Positions 10,064-20,580 of a stretch of DNA of 37,086 nt are shown here, one piece after another. This DNA is from Welwitschia mirabilis (Eukaryota): the NCBI GenBank assembly GCA_051453625.1, contig JBOZIK010000001.1, positions 26,052,781-26,089,866 on the forward strand, read 5' to 3'. Within the stretch, counting starts at the first letter, position 1. Every line of letters starts with the position of its first letter. The notes beneath the pieces were generated by a model. It saw only the letters and a program-made list of their open reading frames with translations, was not told the origin of the DNA and ran no database searches. The position numbers and the translations under genes were made by a program.

Positions 10064-12453
10064 GACATTTACACTTCTATGAACCTCAATTAAAGAAAGA
10101 TGCTTTATTTTTGGTGTTTTTCTCAATGGTGAAAATGTATTAGATTGTTTAAAAGTGTTCTTTTCTGTTCTAATCTTTTGACATTCACCTTTGTCTTTTG
10201 GATTGTTTGGTCATGTAAAATGTTGGTTTTCTTTAAAAAAAAAAAGAATAAAGACCATGATTTATATTTCTATCTCAAAAACATGGTCACCATGATGTCC
10301 TTCTAGAAGTACATTGGGGCAAATNNNNNNNNNNNNNNNNNNNNNNNNNNNNNNNNNNNNNNNNNNNNNNNNNNNNTAGGAGGTCAGTTGTCCATGCTTC
10401 ATGGGTCATTACTTCTCTGACAATGGTTGTACTCTCCTCATCATGGATAATAAAGTATATTTATACTTTAAGGCTATGGGATCAGTGGTGTTCCTAGTGT
10501 TATCAGAGGCATTACTTATTTCCTAGACTCTTAGTCTTTCTACATGATTATTTCATTTCTTGAGATTTTGGTGTTTGTTTTGAGTTGACAATAAAAGAGT
10601 TTATTTTTTAAGCAATTCTTTGGTCTGATCATTCATTGTTTAAAGCATATTACTTTAGCATTGTCATAATCACTACCTTATCAAATGGATAGTTTATACA
10701 TGAAGTCATGAATTTTTACATCAAATGATGTTATGATTACTTTCATTGGAAATTGCTAGGTTAAAATGTTACAGTGATGAGCTATCTTTTATTTATCTTA
10801 TGCCCTTTTTTTTCTTTTGTGGTTATTATGAATTATTTCAAAGTCCTTATCATATGTTCTTAGCTTGTTTTCCTGTTTTAGTTTTTAATAAAAGGTAATT
10901 TCTTCTTTAGATTTGTGTTATTTTTTTTAGATTTTTGGTGTTATAACACACTGCTCATATTCTTTTTATGGTTAAAAACTTTTTGTTCAAATTTTATTTA
11001 CTTGTCAAAATATTTCATATCTCTATAATTTTTAAATCTGACATTACTCAGCTTCGCACTTTTTTTTCAAAAATTATCATCATTTCTATTTTTTATCTTC
11101 CCACTCCCATTTATCTTCTTTACCTTATTTTCCAATATAGGATGTATTACATTTTTCTAAGAGAGGGGTAGAGACCCATTCACATCTCATTTTTTAAAAT
11201 TTTTAAAAGCTTTTATCACATAAATTTTCAAAGTTTTTTTATACACATTACACATTACTTGTCATTTATTTATATGATGTATTTTTTATGAATCTGCTAT
11301 TATGATTTCTAGATTATTTTTTAAAAAATAAATTGACTCACAATTATGGTTTTTTTACCTAGTTTTTTTCAAGGACTGATAAAGGCTAAGTGGGGGGCTA
11401 TGTTGTGCCACCAATTTATGGTTATTTAATGGGTTTTATGAGTTGTTTCATAGGACTTTATACAAGTTTAGGTGTAATTCTGAGGATTTTAAATATACAA
11501 GAAGAAATCTTAGAAAAGTGTAGTTATTATCTAAAATTGATGCATTTAAAGCACTTTTTGATAAACAGAGATTTTTATGGCAAAATGGCTAAGTTTATCC
11601 TCAAGTAAAACATTTAAGAAGACTATCATCCCCTCCATCATCCAACGATAGGCAGGAGGATGACCTTGATATGGACTACTAAGTCATCACTTTCAAAGAT
11701 ATTTTGTAACATTCTGTCATCCCCCAGTTGTCTAGATGATAGCTTGAATAAGACTAACATGTAACTATCACTAGTAGATTTTCTTAGCCGTTTTGTTCAT
11801 TTCTAAGTCCTTAATGAGTGTGTGTAATTGCACCTTCTGTCTGTCCATTCTTGTTGTATTTTTCCTATAAATAAGTTTTCCTTTGACTCTCCTTCCCATC
11901 TTTGATGCATTAGATATTATCATGACAGGAGAATAAAAGGTGGGAGATCCATCTTTGTGAGTTACAAAAAGGTAAGCACTTGGTAGAGGGCTGAGTATCT
12001 TCTATTAAGACTTGGCTATTTTGTAACTCGGATGATTGTTACCACTTTAATATAAGTCTTGGTTTTATTTATGTTTATATTTATTTGAATTATAGATTTA
12101 TTATGTCCCTTATAGTCTAATGTTGCCCTAGATCTAGTGACAATTTCTAAGGTGATATAGATTATCAAGGGTAGCTCTTGTTAGGAATGAAGAGCAAAAG
12201 TAAGGATTAGAATCATTTTCATTGCGTGTTAGTTTAGACTGCATCTTGCACTTTGCATAATAGTTTAATTTCTTGAATTGTTGTTTATTATTTCTAATTA
12301 CTAAGATTATTTGCAAAAGCAACCTAAGTTTTCTTATAGATAGACTTCAATGAGATACGACATNNNNNNNNNNATTATGCATAATATCTATTTTTATTAT
12401 TTATGACAAAATCTATTTAAATGTAAAAGCATGCATAAATACACACTATAATA
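10064..12453 (+). mobile_element. Element A, right part: 3' non-coding region, PPT and 3' LTR
   Basis: Colinear with D from ~34540 onward. PPT ggctaagtggggggcta ends at 11400. Confidence 0.8.
11401..12453 (+). repeat. 3' LTR of element A (small gap inside)
   Basis: Starts TGTTGTGCCACCAATTTATGG after the PPT and ends gcataaatacacactataATA, matching the D LTR end aatacacactataaCA. No PBS follows. Confidence 0.75.
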
Positions 12454-15400
12454 GTTACCAACTTGCAAAGAAAAGATGTTTGAGGAAGTATGTGCCTTCA
12501 ACCAAAGAGCACCTAACTTTAAAAACCAACTGCAATTATAATAAAGATCAGGTGGGAGATCTCAATGGAGATCATTTGAATATAGATTTATGAATTCCAA
12601 CTTTAAACCTAATTTTCAATAACATCTAAATGATCCCCTTAGAGAATCCATAGAAGAGGAGAGAAAAGTGTAGAAGAAGACTAATAGTAATAGTTGAGAA
12701 CCTAGTAAAAATAGTAACAAGAAGTGGCAACAAGAAGTAAAAAGGATTCAACCTCTAAATAAAATGAAACAAATGAGGATGATGATGTGGAAATTTTAGA
12801 CTCTTATGACCTTCATCTACATTACCTACTAAGGCCTTCACTAAAATAATTCAAAGGAAAACAAAGGAAAGAAACCATATATTCCTTGGCTTAATAGATT
12901 AAATAAAAATCCTACTTTTTATAAATACTTAAAAGCCTTAATGCAAGAAGTAAATATCAACCTATCCTTTTGGAAACTCTTGCAAGAAAATCCCAAATAT
13001 TCTAAGTTATGAGAATATTTAGTAAAAAGAAAGTAAAAATATATTATTCCTAGTAAAGTTGCTCTTGTCCAATCTCTTTCCAACATTGTCATGAAAAAAT
13101 GTCCTAAATTCATAGACCCTGGGGCTATAACTATAAGTGTTACCTTAGAAGAAAACAAAAGAATTTAGAAGGATTTTATTGACATAGGAGCAAGTGTAAA
13201 CATCATGCCTCTTCACATATGTAAAAGACTTGGGTTAGAAAGCATAGTTGAACCTATATCTATCATCTTGGAATTAGCTGATACCTTAATTAAGAAACCA
13301 TTAGGAATTATCAAATACCTAGTTATCTAAATTGAGAAAGATTTTTATCCCATTGATGTTGTCACAATTGAGATAGAACTGATAAAGGATATCCACTACT
13401 TTTAGGAAGAGCCTTTTGTCAACTACCCATTATATCATTGGCACACAATCTAGAATGATGAGATATCAATTTGACAATAAACAAAATTACCATTAGAGTC
13501 TTTGATGCTTTTAAGAAAGACATAGGAACTAATTTCAACATTAAAGATGAATTAAAGCCAACCTTGTTTTTACAACACCGATCCATAGAAGAGAGATTAA
13601 TCATGCTACATGTACCAACTTTGTATGATGACCCCATTGAAACAAACTATTTTGAGTTTGAGGATGAAGAACATGAAGAATAAAAGGAAGATTAATATAT
13701 TTACTTAATAGAAAACCTTTTTGAAGAGTATCATCTCACATATATCGTCTCCACAACAGAAGGGATAATAGCCCAGCATATCAACCATGAACTTAAGAAA
13801 TTATTCTAAGGACTAAAATACATTTTTCTTTCCAAAAATCAAATGAAACCTTTGATAATTACTAATGTTCTCACTCCTAAACAAGAGTCCACTTTGATCT
13901 CCCTCTTAAATTCAAATGAAAATTCTTTTGCTTAGATGCACAAAGACTTGGATGCCATTCCTCTTTTCATAGTTTAACATAAAATCTATCTTAAATATAA
14001 TGCTAAGCCTATTAAGCAACCCAAAGGAGACTAAATCCGACCCTTAAACAAATCATCAAAGATGAAATCATTAAATTTATAAATGTCAGAATTATATATG
14101 CCATAGCTGATAGTGAGTGGATTAGTTCTTTAATAGTAGTTTCAAAGAAAGGGGGAAATGGAGAATGTGCATCGATTTTAGAAAACTTAATAAGGTTACT
14201 AAAAAATATCATTACCCTTTACCCTTTCCTGATTAAGTACTTGATAAAATCCAAGGTTATGCTTACTATTATTTTCTTGATGGGTATAGTGGCTATAATC
14301 AAATTTGTATAGCAAGGGAAAACTAAGCTAAAACTACTTTCACATCTCCCTTTAGAACCTTTGATTTCAAATGAATATCCTTTGGACTTTGCAATGCTCT
14401 TGGAACCTTTTAATGATCCATGATGAAAATCTTTTCTAATATTATAAAGGACTCTATTGAAATCTTTATGAATGACTTCTCCATTTTTGGTAATACTTTT
14501 TAAGAAACTATAATAATATTAGAAAAAGTCTTAGATCGATGTATTGAAAGTGGCTTACATTTGAGTTGGGAAAAGAGTTTTTTCCTTGTTCAACATGAAA
14601 TTATTTTAGATCATCATATTTTAAAAGAAGGGATTAGGATGGGCCCCTTAAAATTAGATATCATTAAAAACCTTAACCCTCCAAGTAATGTCAAACAAGT
14701 TAGATCTTTTTTTTGACATGCTAATTTTTATCAATGATTCATCCATGACTATGCTAAAACTTGTAAACCTCTTTACTTCTTACTTGAAAAAGATGTTAAA
14801 TTTGAGTGTATTGATTCATGTCAACTTACTCTTAAAACCCTTAAGGAACATATATGTTCTAAAACTATTGTTATGATCCTGATTGGAATAAAGACTTTGA
14901 ACTTATGTGTGATGCAAGCAAAATTATTATAGGAGGGATTTTTGGCCAAAAATATAAAAATGGTTTTAAAGTCATATCTTATCTTAGCAAAACTTTGTTA
15001 AGTGCCCAATCCAACTATATAACCCCTAAGAGAGAACTGATTGCTATTATCTTTTGCTTAGATCATCTTCGACATTATCTTCTTGGTTTTCATATCAATG
15101 TTTACATAGACCATGTAATCATCCTCTATCTCATGACTAAAAAATATTTGAGTAGACTTATTAGGTGGATCCTTTTAATGTAATAATTTAATCTTTACCA
15201 TCATTGATAAGGCTATAAAACATAACAGCATTACTGATCATCTTTCTTAACTTTCTTGCTTCCATGATGAAACTCCCATTAATGACTCATTTCTTGACAA
15301 GCAACTCTTTGCAATTAAATAACTCTGTGTGATCTCATCTCCTCACCCCACTCCTTGGTATGCTAACATTATGGATTACCTAGTAACTATGAAGGCTCCT

Positions 15401-16686
15401 CAGCATTGGAATCATAATCAACACAAAACCTTTTTTCATAGGATTGGTGATTATAAATGGAATGAGCCTCATCTTTATAGACATTACAAAGATCAAATTA
15501 TGTGTAAATGTATGCCAGAATGGGAAACATTAGAAATCTTAAAACTTTATCATAGTGGAGTTTGTGGAGGATAGTTTAATAGGTAAAAGACCACCATGAA
15601 AATTGTTCACTCTAGTTTTTATTGGCCTACTCTTTTCAAAGATTCATTTGACTTTTCTTGGAATTGTGATGCTTCTCAACGCTATGGTATCCTAACTTGT
15701 TTTTATGATATGTCCCTCAAATACATACTTGAATGTAAACCTTTTTATTATTGGGGAATTCACTTTGTAGGCCTAGTTACACTACCTTCCAATAAGAAAA
15801 ATTATATCCTAGTAGTTGTGGATTATGTTACTAAGTGGGTTGAAGCTGTGTTTACCACTAAAAATGATGCTCAAACTATTTGCAACTTTGTTCAAACTCA
15901 TATTTTGCAATTATTTGGTTCTTCATGAATTATCATTAGTGATCAAGGAATGCATTTCATTAATTACCTCTTTTAAATCTTCTTTTATCCATTGGTGTTA
16001 AACATAGAATTTCTTATACCTATCATCCTTAAACTAACGATCAAGCTAAAAATGAAAATAGAGAAATCAAGAAAATGATTCAAAAATTAGTCTCTATTAA
16101 TAATAAGACTTGGTTCTTTAAACTTAATGATGTTTTTTGGGGTTACTGTACTACTTGGCATAACTCTCTAGGTTCCTTACCCTATGAATTTGTGTACGAT
16201 AAAGTGTGTATGTGTGTGTTACTAGTTAATTTTGCTATGATTCTTATTAATTCACCCATCAACTTAACATTGTGGACTTAAGTGAAAATCTTAAAATTCA
16301 TCTATCTCAACTCGATCATTTAAATGAAAAACGTACCATGCTTACATCATCAACTCATTCATAAAATGCAAGCTAAGTTTCAACATGATAAAATGATTAT
16401 TCATAAACAATTTGAACCTTTCCAACTTATCCTGTTGTATAACACTTATGTACATCTTTTATACAAAAAGTTAACTTTTAAATGATTAGATCCTTATCTT
16501 ATATAAAAAGTACACTCAAATGGCTTAGTTGAAATCTTTGATTTAAATACTAAAGAAATCCAAAAGGTTAATGGATAAAGGTTAAAACGTTATGAGTCAT
16601 CTCTTGATAAAACTTTGAACATGATAGAAGCACTTATTTTAAAAACCCCTCTTCAAGAGAAGGACCTTTCTTTTGCCATTATCTAA
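12454..16686 (+). pseudogene. Gypsy gag-end/pol pseudogene (protease, RT, RNase H, integrase)
   Basis: PKFIDPGAITI and FIDIGASVNIMPL (protease, ~13175). IIYAIADSEWISS, WRMCIDFRKLN, FLDGYSGYNQI and IFMNDFS (FMDD motif, ~14465) for RT. ELMCDAS...NYITPKRELIAI for RNase H. FYWPTLFKD, YILVVVDYVTKWVEA, IISDQGMHF and a GPY/F-like tail KVNG*RLKRY for integrase. Numerous stops. Confidence 0.93.
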
Positions 16687-17052
16687 ATTCTTTCTTAACT
16701 TATTCTTTAGGTAAACATCATTTTATCACTTAAATATCTTTAACTTGACATATGTATTTACTTATAAAGATTCCATGAGGAGTAATATTTTACTTGGGCA
16801 TTTTCAATGATAAAATTAGCTTCATTCAATTTTTAGACATTTGGATGCTTATGAACTTCATTTCAGAAGGAATATGGCTTGGTTCTTTTGTTTTCTTTTA
16901 ATGATGTAAGTAAATTAGTTGTTTTTATAGGATTTTATCTTGTTACTCATCTCATTCTTTCACTTTTATTATTACAAGTACTTGATCATGTGGAATGATA
17001 CTCCAAAAAAAAAAAAAAAAGATTAAAAAAAGGAAAAAAGAGAAATAAGAAG

Positions 17053-17096
17053 AAAAACCATGCTCTTTCATATTAAAAACCATGCTCTTTCATATT
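17053..17096 (+). repeat. Perfect 22-bp tandem duplication
   Basis: aaaaaccatgctctttcatatt occurs twice. Confidence 0.9.
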
Positions 17097-17117
17097 ATAT
17101 CTTTACACATGGTAATC

Positions 17118-17270
17118 ATGATGTCCTACCACAAGCATACCGGGGTAAATATTCCCAAGAGGGGCCTTTGGTAGTGTGATATGATAGTTGTGGAAACTCC
17201 ACTGGGGGGTTAGTTACCCATGTTGTATGGGTCATTACTCCTATAACAGTGGTTACAATCCCCTCATCAT
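17118..17270 (+). other. Conserved multi-hairpin non-coding element (candidate cis-acting RNA); other copies at 10290-10446, 20621-20775, 34794-34949
   Basis: Four homologous copies. Complementary pairs atgatg/catcat, ctacca/tggtag, ctcc/gg(a/g)g and acccat/atgggt. Confidence 0.5.
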
Positions 17271-18672
17271 AAAAAATAAATTGCTTTTCTTTATATATTC
17301 CTAGTACTTCTACATGATCACTCTAATTTCTAGATTCTAGTGCTTGTTTTGATATGATAGCTTGTAAGTTCCCATTTTAAAATAACTTTTATCTCATCCT
17401 TAATTGTTTTATAACATTAGCATACTCGACATCATTATAATTATTGCCTATTCAAATGGAACTTTATGAATTTTTACATTATCTCATGCATTATTATTAA
17501 ATGATTTTATAATTATTGCTAAGAGAATTTGTTAGGTTAGCATCTAGGGTAATAAAGCAATCTTCTTTATATTCCTAGTTGTCCATTTTTATTTTTTTCT
17601 TTCATTGTTTTATTGGATTTTCAAAGTAATCCTTCATAATTTTGGCATTATATTCTAGATCTAATCATTTTCTAGGTTCTTGTTATTTATCCATAATGTT
17701 TTCTAGAGGATTTTTGTTTTGTTTTGACAAGTTTTCATAATCTAATGAGTTCTAGTTTTTTAGGCATTCAGGCACATTTAAGGTGTCTTTAAGCATTACT
17801 TCTTCCAATTTAGTGCATTTTCCTCTACTATCACCTTTCCCTTCTCTATAATGTGGTTGATTCTTAGGTTGTTTCTTCAATTTTCCCTATTTTCTATCTT
17901 CTTTTTATTATTTTTCTGTATTTTCTAGTTTTCTGGGATTTTTTTAGCTTCATCTTCCTCTCCAAATAATATCTTTGATGACTATTGTCCCACGTTTGTT
18001 GTCCTAATGACATTGGAAAAACACTCTTCTTCTACTCCTAGTATAATTTGGGATGACTTGCTTCTTCTGTAGGGGGTAGAACAACTTTTTGGATGTTAAT
18101 CTATACTTACTAATATATGCTTTTACAATTTAACTTTATGATGGGTTGTTTGGATGAGTTTGCATGTTATTTGAATAATGTTTTTTTAGAATTCATGAAA
18201 TTTATCTTATATGATCTAGTAGTACACTCACATGTGTTTCCATAGCCATGTTTTTAGATCATCTAAATTATGCTTTATCTACTTTTTTCCTTTGCCTTTT
18301 TGATGATACTAATGATGTGGGAGACATGAAGTTTTGGGACATGGCACTACTTAAGCCTGTCACATTAGTCCATTATCGCTATTTCTATAATATGCATACA
18401 TAGTTTCATTTCATAAGTCATTAAAGTAATATTTTTTATGATTTTTATATGTGTATGACATTTATTTATTCTATAGTGACATGCTTAAGTAGGGGGCTTC
18501 AGAAAATTCTTTAGCATTTGTATCAATTACTTGTTAATGATATCATTTCTTACATGATTTAATGTAACTCAATTTACATTCTTTTAAGCATTATTTTATC
18601 TTAGTAAAATTGGCTTACAATCTAGTTGATCACTTGCTTTGTTAGAAACTATGAAGACTAAGTAGGAGGCTA

Positions 18673-20000
18673 TATTACGATGCCAATTTATGGGAATTTG
18701 ATAGTTTGTTTTGAGTACTTTTGCAAGACATTCACACAAGTTTTGACACAATACTAATGACTATGGAGATCCGATAAGATGATCAGTAAAACATATAATA
18801 CTTCACATTTTTTTTTGTTTCTCAAGCCTATTCTAACACTACATATGTGGAAGAAGGACTTTATGATGTAAAATATTAACTTACCTTTGAGATTAGAGTA
18901 AAGGAAGACCATCATCCCCTATGTCATCCCCATAATAGGTAGGATGATAGGGCTAATAGTAGCACATGGAGACATGTGGCACATGGCGTCATCCCCTATG
19001 TCATCCTCATGACATATAAGATGATGACCATGGATAAAGACTGCGGGACTAACAGCTGCATATGGAGTACATGGAGGCATCTTACACATGGTGACATCCT
19101 CTATGTCATCCTAATGATAGGCAGGATAATAGCTGTTTTTGCATGTTCAGAAGAAATAACTTTATAAATGAGGTCAAGTGACTCATGTGGATTGTTAGAA
19201 TTTTTGTTTTCTGTCTTTAGTGTTTTAATTCTAGAACCTCAAATGAAAAACTATAAATACCCTTTCTCTCCTTTATTTCTAGCCATCTTTTGTACTAGAT
19301 ACTTGTGATAGAGGATTGAAGGATAAGAGATCCATCCAGAGATATAGAAAGAATTCTTCTTAGTGTTAGACTAAGTCTTTTCCATTGAGGTGTTGTCATT
19401 CTATTGTAAGTGGATGTTATGTTCTAAATACTATTTGAAGTAATACAATTTTTCTTTTCATTCTAATTCTGTAAATGTTCCTTATAGTTTACATTGATCA
19501 TAGTTACTTGTGACATTTCTATGATTTATTTAGATCATAAGGGTAACCTTTATTAAGGTTGATCTTGGTTAGTAGTAGATTTGCATTACATTTTTAGTTC
19601 ATTCCATATCATATTTCTTATCTCACTTGGATAGACCGCATAGTTTATATTGATTAAGAATTAGTGGATACTCTTCTTAATTGATATAAGTTATAGAGAA
19701 AGTAGTTTTTGTGACAGAAGAACTAGGATCTAAGTAGAATCTATTTCCATCTTCATTTAATATATTTCATATTCATTTATCTTACATTGCATTTAATTTA
19801 TTATTTACTTTTAGTTATTAAAAGACAAAAGACTAAAATACCTTTGGAAATCAATTCTCTAACTCTACGCCTAGCGGCTTCATGAGGATTACGACATTTG
19901 GATGGACTCCCATCTATACTAGTGTGTGTTTTCTTACAAGTGATTTGATTTATAGGATTAACTAAAGGACTTTAAGATTGCATAAATTCACACTGCAACA
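18673..20000 (+). repeat. 3' LTR of element B
   Basis: Starts TATTACGATGCCAATTTATGG after the PPT and ends cacactGCAACA. Aligns with 22219-23590. Confidence 0.85.
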
Positions 20001-20480
20001 TGAGCCAATTTGATTAAGATAAAAATAGAAGTAAAAAGATGTAGATTGAGTTCAATTAAATCATATAAGAATAAATATCACATATATATTAAATGATATA
20101 AATGCTGAAAGTATTACTAAGCCTCCTACTTAAGCATATCACCATAGAATATATTAATATCATTCACATACAAAAAGTATAAAATTAAACATTAATAGAT
20201 CAAAAAATGATAATGTATATGCATATTACAAAAATAGAGATAACAATATAATGTGACAGATTAAAGAAGTGCTAGTCTCAAAAGAGTAATGTATTTAAGT
20301 TCATTAGTGTAATTCATAAGGTCAAAAGGACAAGTGTGGATATAGCATTCTTATTTTAGATGATCTAAAACATAGCTATAAAAAATTTTTGTGAGAGTGC
20401 TACTATATTCCTATAAGGTAAAGTTCATGTATTTATTCAATTAACATGCGAAAAAAAAAATCCAAATAGCTCATCATATA
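20001..20480 (-). mobile_element. Minus-strand fragment of the pre-PPT 3' region of a related Athila-like element
   Basis: Reverse complement of ~18140-18620: aagcctcctacttaagcatatcaccatagaata corresponds to tattctatagtgacatgcttaagtagggggctt. Confidence 0.8.
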
Positions 20481-20580
20481 NNNNNNNNNNNNNNNNNNNN
20501 NNNNNNNNNNNNNNNNNNNNNNNNNNNNNNNNNNNNNNNNNNNNNNNNNNNNNNNNNNNNNNNNNNNNNNNNNNNNNNNN

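Larger units (their letters stand above)
12454..20000 (+). mobile_element. Element B: Athila-type Ty3/gypsy retrotransposon, 3' portion (pol, ~2-kb non-coding region, PPT, 3' LTR)
   Basis: Gypsy domain order PR-RT-RH-INT, followed by PPT gactaagtaggaggcta and an LTR. Confidence 0.9.

Noticed and set aside
17185..17250. Hammerhead ribozyme (three-way junction with GAAAC...GGT(C/T) and flanking hairpins), as in retrozymes
   Set aside because: The strand that should read CTGANGA reads CATTACT, CTTACT or CTTATT in the four copies, and GAAA is not conserved. No canonical core was seen on either strand. It is kept only as an unclassified structure.
16700..18670. Athila env-like ORF downstream of pol in element B
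   Set aside because: I could not recognise any ORF or motif. The interval looks non-coding.
11401..20000. A single complete element with 5' LTR 11401-12453 and 3' LTR 18673-20000
   Set aside because: The first LTR is preceded by a PPT, has no PBS or gag start after it, and is clearly more diverged from B's LTR than C's LTR is. It is the 3' LTR of a separate inserted element.
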